Below, one piece after another: positions 21,063 through 30,494 of a DNA stretch of 64,000 nucleotides; position 1 is the stretch's first letter, and every line of letters begins with the position of its first letter. A program made the translations under genes and the position numbers. A model generated the notes under the pieces. It saw only the letters and a list, made by a program, of their open reading frames with translations. It had not been told where the DNA came from and made no database searches. The DNA is taken from the NCBI GenBank assembly GCA_019058365.1, contig JAHPZE010000018.1:1-64000 (forward strand), in the 5' to 3' direction. Origin of the DNA: Promethearchaeota archaeon (GTDB lineage Archaea; Asgardarchaeota; Lokiarchaeia; Sigyniarchaeales; SOKP01).

Positions 21063-21893
21063 TTAAATAGTTGGATATATCTTTGTCCATTTATTTTGTT
21101 GCATAAGAATAACCGAATTATTCATTAGTTTTATTACTTTTTTTCTATTTACTCCTTTTAATATTGGATGTTTATCTACACTATCATAGATTTGCATTCC
21201 TTTTTTCAAGAAATCAATTCCCAATAGAAAAAAATTTTTCATACCTTTATCGAGAGCGTTAATATGTCTATTACCAAAAATCTTATAAGTCATAGCTTCA
21301 AGCTGATAAGATTTAAATGGTTTTTTATTAATGGCATTCCATTTTTTTAAAAGTCTAATTAGTTTTGTAGCACGACCATCATTTCTCTGATTTAGATCAC
21401 TTAATTTTTTTTCATCTAACTCTGGATTTATAATGATAATTTTTTGATTTTCAGGTATTTTGTAATATCCTTTTTCTAAGTTAATAGCAGCTAAGCAGTC
21501 TAATTCGATGTCATTGTTAAAAATTCCTGGAATTGCATGAAAGTAAGGTGGCTTACGAGCAATTTTGAAGGGTTTATAAGATTTTTCTAACTCTATTAAT
21601 CTATTTTTAAAATAATTTAATAAATTATTTTCTTGATAATGCCCAATAAAATATACATCTACATCAAAATAATTTTTAATACTAGTATATCGTTTGAATC
21701 CTCCACAAAAACGATAATTATAACAATCTGGTACATGTTCTCTAAACTTTTCGAATATTTTTCTAACTGCATTTTTAATATGTTTCTGTTTTTGAGGTGA
21801 AATTTGAATTTTACTAACAATTTGTTCTAAAAACTCATTAGGTTTCATTATATTCCTCTTATTTATTTTATTTGAATGGTTGAATTTTAACAT
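21063..21893 (-). CDS. SMODS / CD-NTase / OAS-like nucleotidyltransferase; probable start 21848
   Basis: GGFKRYTSIKNYFDVDV (G[GS]..DxD), third Asp in IELDCLAA, NP, LIRLLKKWN, FKSYQLE. Confidence 0.75.
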   Translation of the reverse strand: MLKFNHSNKINKRNIMKPNEFLEQIVSKIQISPQKQKHIKNAVRKIFEKFREHVPDCYNYRFCGGFKRYTSIKNYFDVDVYFIGHYQENNLLNYFKNRLIELEKSYKPFKIARKPPYFHAIPGIFNNDIELDCLAAINLEKGYYKIPENQKIIIINPELDEKKLSDLNQRNDGRATKLIRLLKKWNAINKKPFKSYQLEAMTYKIFGNRHINALDKGMKNFFLLGIDFLKKGMQIYDSVDKHPILKGVNRKKVIKLMNNSVILMQQNKWTKIYPTI

Positions 21894-22590
21894 CGATTTT
21901 CATATTTGACATTGAAAATAACTCATTATTGCCCTTTTTATTTATCCCTAAATACACACATGGTAAATAATATTTATTTGCCATCTCGAGTAATTTAAAC
22001 GAAAATAATTTACTTAAGGGTGTTAAATCTATAATTATATCTGCATTTTTCATCTTATCACTCAAAATACTTTCAACTTTATGAAAGAATTCTGATTCGA
22101 TATGACGATAATCTTCATATGGAAATTTAATAAAAGAATCGATTTTTATCAAACTTTCTTGTTTTTGATGTTCCTTCCTCTTTTTCAACGCATCTGGACT
22201 TGTAAAGCACACTATCCGAGAGACTGGATAATATTTTTCTTTTAATATTTGAAATATTATATCCGGAAGTTTATAACCTGTCCCAAGAGTTCCGAAACCA
22301 GTTATTAATGTATAATCCTTGACTTTAAATCCAAGAATCTTGCGAACATGTTGACGAGCAGAAGGATCTAACGAAATTCTATTAATTCTCGCATTCCCTA
22401 TTTTTTGAACCATTATTTTTCGAATTAGATTATACTTCTCCATCCTGGTTAGGTGATAATGTAAATTTGAACCTGTTGTATTCAGTGCTTTTTGTAATTC
22501 ATGTTGTAAATATTCTTTTTCAAACAATAATTTGAGAATTTGTATCTGATTCTCTGAGAAATCATCAGTATTTAGTCCAAAAATCATCAA
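21868..22590 (-). CDS. ArsR-type wHTH fused to C-terminal CARF-like Rossmann domain
   Basis: QHELQKALNTTGSNLHYHLTRME..NLI (HTH); YTLITGFG, RIVCFTSPDA, IIIDLTPLSKLFS, PCVYL (CARF strand pattern with DxTxxxK). Confidence 0.7.
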   Translation of the reverse strand: MMIFGLNTDDFSENQIQILKLLFEKEYLQHELQKALNTTGSNLHYHLTRMEKYNLIRKIMVQKIGNARINRISLDPSARQHVRKILGFKVKDYTLITGFGTLGTGYKLPDIIFQILKEKYYPVSRIVCFTSPDALKKRKEHQKQESLIKIDSFIKFPYEDYRHIESEFFHKVESILSDKMKNADIIIDLTPLSKLFSFKLLEMANKYYLPCVYLGINKKGNNELFSMSNMKIDVKIQPFK

Positions 22591-22624
22591 AATATGTATT
22601 TTTTCTTAGGTTAAAATATTTTCT

Positions 22625-22668
22625 TTAACAGCGATTAGATGATTTAGTTAACAACGATTAAAGATTTA
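22625..22668. promoter_or_regulatory. Tandem direct repeat in the divergent promoter region (candidate operator)
   Basis: TTAACAGCGATTAGATGATTTA (22625-22646) and TTAACAACGATTAAAGATTTA (22648-22668), 23-bp period. Confidence 0.4.
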
Positions 22669-22738
22669 TTTTTAAAGGTCCAAAAAAACCTATTACTTAA
22701 CAAAATTAAATATAAATTCTAAAAATGAGGTAAAAAGA

Positions 22739-22861
22739 ATGGCAAAAAATAAAATGACACCAAAAGCTGCTCGTAGAATCCAATCACATGCAGATAAAAC
22801 TAGTAGGAATCAAGACTTTAAAGCAAGAGCTCAAAGAGCTGCTTCTAAGGGTAAAAAGTAA
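22739..22861 (+). CDS. 40-aa basic small protein, SMP/LEA-like (not in the ORF track)
   Basis: GAGGT SD; MAKNKMTPKAARRIQSHADKTSRNQDFKARAQRAASKGKK*; MTxxAAxRIQS...FxARAQxAA pattern. Confidence 0.75.
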   Translation: MAKNKMTPKAARRIQSHADKTSRNQDFKARAQRAASKGKK

Positions 22862-22972
22862 AACAAAAAATTCAAACATAAATGTAAAATCTTAAATTAA
22901 CCATCATCCTTTTTTTATTAATCTTTTAAAAAGACTTATTAGAATTAAATAAAGATTACATGGCGAAATTTT

Positions 22973-23896
22973 ATGAATAAGAATGATTATCCTTTAAAGC
23001 AAAAAATTAAATGTCCTATATGTAATTCAGAATTCATCCCAGAGTCTTTTAATGTTGAGAAATTGGATATTGATCAGTCATTGAATTTAGGTGAAATTTA
23101 TCGATCTGATGAAACTGACTCAAAATCAAAAATTAAACCTCTAACTATAATGCGTAGAGCATGGGTCACTTATTGTCTTGATTGTAATCATGCTATTAGG
23201 TTTGCTGCCGAAATTTTAAGAAAGGAAATTGTAGAAAAACCGTCAAACAGTCCCAATAGTGGTGAATTTAAAGAATCTAGTAATACTTATAAATATAATA
23301 TATATACATTCAAAAAGCCCTTTATGGAATTAATTGACTACAGGATAGGAGTAATGGATCGTATAAAGAACGATATCAAAACGACTTTGGATGAATTGAG
23401 AATCTCTGAATGGGGTGCAAAGTATAATGCTTGGAAAAATGAAAAAACTATCGATTCCTTTAAATTTTTTACACAATTCATTTCAAACTTAGATAACCAT
23501 TACAAATCAATTTTTAAAAATGATATAAATAAAGACATGCCCGAGAAAATTAGAGAACTTAACCTCCCAAAAGATCTAGAAAACCTATTGTTAGAAGTTA
23601 ATAGGATTAGAAATAAAATGATTCATAACGATTATGAATTAAAAGAAAGCGATGAAATAGTTATTGATGATGCTTACTTTAATTTGATGTTTTATCTTAT
23701 TTCAAAAGCATTAATCGCCTTAAATCTAACTAGCCATACAGATGAAAGTAATGCTAGCTTTATTGATATTGATTACCTTTCTAATGAGCTTAGGACTTTT
23801 TTACATATTCATTTAGGTGAAAGCCTGGGATTGAAAAAATTTTATGATCCATTTTTGATACCATTACTGAAATTGCTGAAAATACCCATTAATTAA
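22973..23896 (+). CDS. Zn-finger + HEPN-like protein
   Basis: KIKCPIC..EFIP, WVTYCLDC..IRFAAE, IDSFKF, NRIRNKMIH (RxxxxH). Confidence 0.7.
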   Translation: MNKNDYPLKQKIKCPICNSEFIPESFNVEKLDIDQSLNLGEIYRSDETDSKSKIKPLTIMRRAWVTYCLDCNHAIRFAAEILRKEIVEKPSNSPNSGEFKESSNTYKYNIYTFKKPFMELIDYRIGVMDRIKNDIKTTLDELRISEWGAKYNAWKNEKTIDSFKFFTQFISNLDNHYKSIFKNDINKDMPEKIRELNLPKDLENLLLEVNRIRNKMIHNDYELKESDEIVIDDAYFNLMFYLISKALIALNLTSHTDESNASFIDIDYLSNELRTFLHIHLGESLGLKKFYDPFLIPLLKLLKIPIN

Positions 23897-23952
23897 TCAA
23901 GAAATTGTGAAAAATAAACTGTTTTATATCATTCTTTCTTAATTAATAAAAT

Positions 23953-25002
23953 GTGAAAGAATTAACAGCAAGAGAAGACCAATGGTTAGAAGCATTTGCT
24001 AAAAATCATGAATTTTTCGCTTCCTTCCTGCTCCATCACAAATTAAAACATCATTTATCTAATAATCAATATTATTGGCTGTGTCTCTATATCAATCAAG
24101 CAGAGGAGAATGGTGATACTCTACTAACTACTGAAGAAATAACATTTCTGGAAAAAGAATCTGAAACCAATGAAAGTGTGAGAGAATTATTGGAATTGTA
24201 TAAAGATAAAGGATATGTAGAAAATTTGAAGTATCAAGAATTATTAATGTTGAAAGCTAAGATTATGGGAGAAACGGAAGAAGTCAATCAAAAAGTAAGT
24301 AATTTTAAGCATAAAATTGTAAAAGTACTTTGTCCTCATTGCAATTCTCTTTGTTCACCCAAAATTTCGTATTGTTCTAAGTGCGGTGAACCTTTACCTA
24401 AATTAGTTGATTCTAATGAGTATAGTGAGGTTTCAGATGTAATTGATGTGGATTATACCGAAAGGAATATAATTTTTGCCCTTGAAAAATTAATCGATAA
24501 ATCTCTACCCCTACAAGAGAAATTTGACACTAATTCAACTTGCTACGTTAAAGAAGGGGATGATATTACTGGTTTGAGTATCTTCAATTGTGGATTAAGT
24601 GCCTTTCCAAGCGAGATTCTAAGGATTAAATCACTTAAACATTTAGCACTTAGAAGAAATAAAATCAATGATTTACCAAAAAATATTGGATTTCTTTCCA
24701 ACCTTGAATTACTGGATTTGCGTATAAATAAACTCGAGAGGTTGCCAACCGCAATAGGACTCCTTTATAAATTGAAAAATTTAAACCTCAGCTCGAACAA
24801 TTTGACGATGATTCCAGATTCAATCGGAGACATACTGATGCTGAAAAAGCTCAACTTGAGTAATAATAAGTTAAAAAGCATACCTAAGTGTATTGAAAAT
24901 TTAAACTGCCTTGAAACCTTAAATTTAAAGGCAAATTACTGGATTAACATTCCCGAGAGTGTAGAAAAGTTAAAAGACCAGAGGCTCCAAATTATCCTAT
25001 AA
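23953..25002 (+). CDS. Zinc-ribbon + leucine-rich-repeat protein
   Basis: CPHC..CSPKISYCSKCGEPL; about 6 LxxLxLxxNxLxxLP repeats. Confidence 0.9.
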   Translation: MKELTAREDQWLEAFAKNHEFFASFLLHHKLKHHLSNNQYYWLCLYINQAEENGDTLLTTEEITFLEKESETNESVRELLELYKDKGYVENLKYQELLMLKAKIMGETEEVNQKVSNFKHKIVKVLCPHCNSLCSPKISYCSKCGEPLPKLVDSNEYSEVSDVIDVDYTERNIIFALEKLIDKSLPLQEKFDTNSTCYVKEGDDITGLSIFNCGLSAFPSEILRIKSLKHLALRRNKINDLPKNIGFLSNLELLDLRINKLERLPTAIGLLYKLKNLNLSSNNLTMIPDSIGDILMLKKLNLSNNKLKSIPKCIENLNCLETLNLKANYWINIPESVEKLKDQRLQIIL

Positions 25003-25059
25003 GAGTCTCAATCCCTTCATTTGAAAAAGACTTAAATATTAAAAATCTTACCTAATTTT

Positions 25060-26229
25060 GTGAATGAGACAGAAGTTGTTTCTATAATTTGTGAACATCT
25101 ACAAAAAGAAAATTGGCAACTCTGGATTGATGATCATCCTATTCATAAAGATTTGCAATATAAAAAACATTGTTTATTGATTGGTGGAGCTCGTCCTGAT
25201 ATTTTTGGATTAAATAATGTTAAGCAAGTCTTCGCTGTAGAAGTAAAAGGTTTAAAAGACTATAAAAAAGCAATAGGGCAAGCTCTTATTTATAAATCTG
25301 GAGTAAATGTTTCTTATATAGGTGGATTGAATGACTTATTGAACAACATTTCTAATGTTGCATTATCCTCAGGTCTAGGATTAATTTCAGTAAACGAATC
25401 AAATTTTGACGTGGAAGTTATTAACCCCATCTATAACATATCTCCGATTTATTTAGATGATATCAAAAATGAGTTAAAGGTACTCCAAAATCAAAAAAAG
25501 AAAAATAGAAGTTTCTCCTCATTTGGAAGAACCCATATAATTAATTATTTTGCTCCAATTTTTTTATTTCAAGATAGATTCGCTAAAAAAAAAGAAGAAT
25601 TAATAGCTGATTTTGAAAGAGTTAATTGGGCAAATAAAGCTTATCCCGAGTTAATAAACGGAGCAAATACGATAGGATTATTAGATATATGTGATGATGG
25701 TTATAATATATCAAAAATCGGTCGATTTTGCTTGGAACATTTTACATCAATCAATATCGACTCAATCGATAAATTATCAGAAACTTTAAATCAAACTAAG
25801 AGAAATAAGTCTGTATATTCAGAGTTCCCCTCTCTCGCTAAATTTCTACAGTTGATTTATTTTCAAAATCCTGACTTTAAACAATTCATCTCAATTCTTC
25901 AAAACATAAAGGATAAAGAGATAAATTCAAAAATGATTATCGATAAGTTAATTCTTGATTATCCGAACCTTTTTTTGAATTTCTTTATTAAACCTACTGC
26001 TAAAGACCAAGTAGTTTCAATATTTTTATCTGGAGATAAAGAACAATTGATGGAGGATTATAATAAAATGATATCAGATTTTGGGCACTATAATTTCTTT
26101 TTTGCATTTAAGCGACATTTAGTGCATCTGGGTATTTTGAGCCAAGAAAATACAACCTTTTATAAAAAATCTAGTGAATTAAATGTCGAAAATGATATTT
26201 GGATTTTAGGAGATGATATTTTAATTTAA
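25060..26229 (+). CDS. PD-(D/E)xK nuclease-domain protein (restriction-like)
   Basis: ETEV, RPDIFG, FAVEVKG, KAIGQALIY; helical/wHTH-like C-terminus. Confidence 0.7.
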   Translation: MNETEVVSIICEHLQKENWQLWIDDHPIHKDLQYKKHCLLIGGARPDIFGLNNVKQVFAVEVKGLKDYKKAIGQALIYKSGVNVSYIGGLNDLLNNISNVALSSGLGLISVNESNFDVEVINPIYNISPIYLDDIKNELKVLQNQKKKNRSFSSFGRTHIINYFAPIFLFQDRFAKKKEELIADFERVNWANKAYPELINGANTIGLLDICDDGYNISKIGRFCLEHFTSINIDSIDKLSETLNQTKRNKSVYSEFPSLAKFLQLIYFQNPDFKQFISILQNIKDKEINSKMIIDKLILDYPNLFLNFFIKPTAKDQVVSIFLSGDKEQLMEDYNKMISDFGHYNFFFAFKRHLVHLGILSQENTTFYKKSSELNVENDIWILGDDILI

Positions 26230-26240
26230 TTATTATGATT

Positions 26241-27491
26241 TTATTCGCTATTTTCTGATAAAAAGTTGAAAATGCGACCAGGAATTATCTCAAGGATTTT
26301 TTGCCTTTCACTTTTGAGAAAATTAATAATTTCTTCCTCAATTAATTCATTTTCCCGCGTTAAAATATCCAAATCCTTATTTTTATGTAAATTAAAATAG
26401 AAGTATTTCAAATCATTATTAATTAATGGATGCTCTTTATTTATTAGGCATAATTTAATGTGGGATCTGATATTTTCCTCCAACGATTCAGTCCATTCAG
26501 GAATATTATTTGATTTCTTGATATTTATTGTTGGATCGGAAGGATATAAATTCCAAAATCGATTAATTGGATAAAATGACCAAGGTAAAAAGTGGTCAAT
26601 ATGAAAAGCTTCTTCTGGCTCAAATATTGTTCCTGAATAAATGCATTTTCTTGAATCGATTTCTTCATAAAAGTCTCGATAATGGGATATTAGCAATGGA
26701 TCACGGGCTAAATCACTTGTATAGATATATCCTAAAAGTTTATATAATAATATTTCAAAATTAGAAGAGTCTCTCCTCCTGCTTTCTCCTTCAAGAGAAT
26801 AGTTAAACCATGACCTTAAAATGACATCTCTAGCCCAAAAACGATATCGTGCTAATTCCTGATATGTCATATCGTCTATTATTAAGGAAGTATTATCAAA
26901 TTGAAGCAATTCTGCCCATGTCATTGAACTGGGGTGTTTCTGCTTTATAGCTTGTGACCGATGCTCATCATATGAAGATTTAAATGGTATTTCACTATTT
27001 AACATACCAAAAAATCTTATTATCTCACCATTGACATTATGTAAATAATTTAAAGGCTGTAATAGTATCCTTTCTCTCACATTCCATAATAAATCTAATA
27101 AACTTTCTGGTAATAAATCCGGAAGCTCATACAACCGATTTATCCAAAAAATTCCGCTCTCGTCTAAAGTTAAGATTTTATGAAGAATTTTTTCTTGGAT
27201 GCCTTTTTCTGATGGCAATTTAAGCTTAAAGTCTTCAATATAGTTCAATACTCTCAAGGTTTTATCAGCTGCTAAGGAACCTTGGTAAAAATCATGAAAA
27301 GAAAACGGATAATAATAGGAAATGAATTGATGAGATAAATAGACAATTGGAATGAAATGTAGATTGTTTATCGGTTGCTCTGAAGGGTGTTCAGTAATAA
27401 AATCAAATATTCCGAGCAGTGTAGCATACTTATATGATGTTGTTTTCCGTCCGTATTCTAAAATGTTATTAATATCGCGAATTAACGTCAT
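26241..27491 (-). CDS. HNH endonuclease domain protein (restriction-associated type)
   Basis: N-terminal KTTSYKYA; C-terminal CIYSG..FHIDHFLPWS...WNLYPS...NIKKSN. Confidence 0.85.
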   Translation of the reverse strand: MTLIRDINNILEYGRKTTSYKYATLLGIFDFITEHPSEQPINNLHFIPIVYLSHQFISYYYPFSFHDFYQGSLAADKTLRVLNYIEDFKLKLPSEKGIQEKILHKILTLDESGIFWINRLYELPDLLPESLLDLLWNVRERILLQPLNYLHNVNGEIIRFFGMLNSEIPFKSSYDEHRSQAIKQKHPSSMTWAELLQFDNTSLIIDDMTYQELARYRFWARDVILRSWFNYSLEGESRRRDSSNFEILLYKLLGYIYTSDLARDPLLISHYRDFYEEIDSRKCIYSGTIFEPEEAFHIDHFLPWSFYPINRFWNLYPSDPTINIKKSNNIPEWTESLEENIRSHIKLCLINKEHPLINNDLKYFYFNLHKNKDLDILTRENELIEEEIINFLKSERQKILEIIPGRIFNFLSENSE

Positions 27492-27739
27492 GATTATTAA
27501 TAGAATTACTTTTCATACAAATAAATTTTTATGGAGAAATCTCCCTATGTACAACAGGAACTTGTCTTTATTAAGTTTTACATAAAATTAAGATTGAATC
27601 TAATTTTAAAATAAAAGAAAAGAAAATTGATAATTAATTATTAATATCTGAGTCCCAAAATATCATAATGAATTTTTATAAATCATATTATTTACTTTAA
27701 TTAACAATCTCAAAGTGATATAATCAGAGGAAATTAATA

Positions 27740-28954
27740 TTGAGAAAAGTATTTAGATTTGATGAATTATATCAAGCACCTCTTATAATTGACGCCATAT
27801 ATGAAGGTGGTGATAGTGGTAATGTTTCTGATGATCCACTTTCTAAATTACTTAAAGGGATAGGAAATTTAGGTGGTTTTCGCATCGCATATAATCAAAT
27901 TGATAAAAATCCTGCATTTATAGTTTTATATACAAGTGAAAAAGAGTTGGAATGGCCTGATTATATTGATTATCAATCTGGAGTATTTAAATATTATGGG
28001 GATAATAGACATCCTGGACATGAATTACACGATACACCTAAAAGAGGAAATCAAATCCTGAAACAAGTGTTTGATCTTTTACAAGGCTCAGCAGAAGATC
28101 GTAAAAATATTCCACCTTTTCTTGTATTCAAGAAAATAGCTCATGAAAGGTCTAGATCAGTTTCCTTTTTAGGGTTAGCAGTACCGGGAAGAGAGGGTTC
28201 ATCTCCTGGAAAAGACTTATTAGCCATATGGAGGACCAAAGGTTCGGTGAGATTTCAAAATTATGAGGCTTATTTTACAATTTTAGATGCCTCTCTTGAA
28301 TCTGTTTCAAAAGAATGGTTGGAAGCCTTACGGGATGATAGAAATAAAGCTTACGAACTTGCACCTCAAGCTTGGAATGAATTTATTCATAATGGTTTGT
28401 CTAATATCAAACCTCTTAAAGCTCCTAAAGTTAAAACTATTCGAAAAAGATGGGAACAATTACCTAGAGATGAAGATATAAATGGATGGGAACTGTTACT
28501 TTCAATTTATAATTACTTTAAACCTAATCCTTTTGCTTTTGAAAAGTTTGCTGTAAAGATAACAAAAATGATGGATGGAAATTTTAATCATTTTGATCTT
28601 ACAAGACCTTGGAGAGATGGAGGTAGAGATGCTATGGGAACCTATACAATAGGTATAGGCACTGATAAGTTATCTATAATATGTGCTCTTGAAGCAAAAT
28701 GTTATAATCCTAAAGAAAATGGTTGTGGTGTCAAGTTGACAACACGACTGATTTCAAGAATTAAATATAGAGAATTTGGAATATTTGTTACAACTTCATG
28801 GATAAATGATCAAGCCTATAAAGAAATTAAAGAGGACAGGCATCCAGTTTTAGTTATATCAGGGATAGATATTCTAAATATTTTAAGGGAACATGATTTA
28901 GGATCCATTGAATTACTAAAAATCTGGTTAGAAAATAACTTTAAATTAAATTAA
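27740..28954 (+). CDS. AspBHI/MspJI-like modification-dependent restriction endonuclease (SRA-like N-term + Mrr catalytic domain)
   Basis: YEGG..GNVSDDPLSKLL, GNLGGFR, WPD, YYGDNRHPG, RFQNY; FEKFA, TRPWRDGGRDA, LEAKCY, RLISRIKYREFGIFVTTS, QAYKEI.ED.HP. Confidence 0.88.
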   Translation: MRKVFRFDELYQAPLIIDAIYEGGDSGNVSDDPLSKLLKGIGNLGGFRIAYNQIDKNPAFIVLYTSEKELEWPDYIDYQSGVFKYYGDNRHPGHELHDTPKRGNQILKQVFDLLQGSAEDRKNIPPFLVFKKIAHERSRSVSFLGLAVPGREGSSPGKDLLAIWRTKGSVRFQNYEAYFTILDASLESVSKEWLEALRDDRNKAYELAPQAWNEFIHNGLSNIKPLKAPKVKTIRKRWEQLPRDEDINGWELLLSIYNYFKPNPFAFEKFAVKITKMMDGNFNHFDLTRPWRDGGRDAMGTYTIGIGTDKLSIICALEAKCYNPKENGCGVKLTTRLISRIKYREFGIFVTTSWINDQAYKEIKEDRHPVLVISGIDILNILREHDLGSIELLKIWLENNFKLN

Positions 28955-29208
28955 AAATATAACTCTTTCAGATTGTCCTTTAATTAAAAAATATGTCTTA
29001 TTTTTGAATAATTTATCTGTCATAGGATTTAATAATTTAATAATTTTCTTTCAAAGTGCAAAGTTATTTTTTTATATAGTCGTGATATACTAATATTGGG
29101 AATGATAAAAATGGCAGTTAATGATAGAAGTTTTATTCAACTCATAGTAGAAGATTAATCATTTTTATCTATTCATTATATTGAAACCAATCGCGGGAAA
29201 TATTATTA

Positions 29209-30240
29209 ATGAAATATTTGTACCTAAAATTAGGCAGAGGAAATCGTCAGTTAAATTATTGTATAGAAGATGAAAATATATTTGGTCGACCTACCGTTTA
29301 TATCTTTTTTGGAAATATTACAACTGAACAATGCAAAACATTAATTAATTTACCCAAAAATGAACTAGAAAATATGCGTAAAAATGATAAAAGCATTCCA
29401 AAATACATAACTCTACATCAACAAATAAAACCATTTATCGAAGCTGGAGAAACCAGAGAAGTAAGATTCATTTCGATTTTTGAAAATAAAGTATTCATTT
29501 TTGAACCGGATAGCGAAGTTAAAGATATGTCGAAGAAAGAAATAAATGATTTCTGTGATGATTTGAGAAAAAAGAAAATTGCTGACGAACAATATATCGA
29601 AGATATTAAAAAAGATATTCCTAAAATAATGTATATCAAAAATATTTATAAATTTGAGAAAAATGTTCCTTATATACTCAGAACGCTAAATGTATCCCAA
29701 TATTATAACCGAGGCACATGTAGAGAGATTGTAGAGAATGAAAAGAATTGGGGGATAATTCAAGCAATCAAAAAAATTCTTAAAGAAAATGGGGACATTA
29801 TAGAAAAATTTTCTTCTCAACAACTATTCAATCTACTGAGTCCTCATCAATTTGAGACGCTTGTGTTTTTAATTCTAACTAATGCTAACATTTTTTCTCC
29901 AGCTTGACGTGCAGGTTCCTTGCCTGATATAGATATAATAGGAATTAATTATACGAACTCAAAAATTAAGTTAGGAAATGATAAGCCAATTAATTTTGAA
30001 AAAGACAAAGAAATTACCTTTCAAATCAAAAGAAAAGAAGTAAAAGATAATTTCAATGCAGATTTCGCGATTACTTTAAATCCAACGAAAAAACAAAAAA
30101 CGGATAATCGCATTCGAACATCGGATTGGTTATTAGAAATCATTAAAAATCAACCAAATACAAGAAAATGGCTTAATAATTCATTAAAATGGTTGTTAGA
30201 AGATACTCAATATGATTCTATATTTAACTTATTAGAGTAA
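29209..30240 (+). pseudogene. Restriction-endonuclease-like gene interrupted by one in-frame TGA (29905-29907)
   Basis: ORFs 29209-29907 and 29920-30240 share a frame: LSPHQFETLVFLIL..FSPA*RAGSLPDIDIIG....FQIK (Mrr-like E..D..QxK). Confidence 0.7.
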
Positions 30241-30494
30241 TTAATTATATCAAATTTAGTTTTAAATAAAGATAAACCTTCCTTTAGTCAACTATTTATC
30301 TACAAATACGAACTCTAATTTAGAAAATTTAATAATAATAATTAAGTTAAATATGCAACTGCATAGTATTTATCCATTTGAAATGTAATAATGATTATTA
30401 GAATTTACAATTCCTGTATTTAAAATCCTATTAATTTCAAAATGATAATTTTTGCAAATAGAATTTAATATCATTCATTCTTAATTATTAATAG

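Noticed and set aside
21063-21893. CCA-adding enzyme
   Set aside because: Too short (about 260 aa), lacks the body and tail domains, and sits in a nuclease operon; the LIRLLKxW/SYxLE motifs fit SMODS/OAS better.
29905-29907. Selenocysteine or Trp recoding of TGA
   Set aside because: Context favours Trp rather than Cys; many intact genes here end in TGA; other pseudogenes also carry TAA stops; no SECIS-like hairpin recognised.
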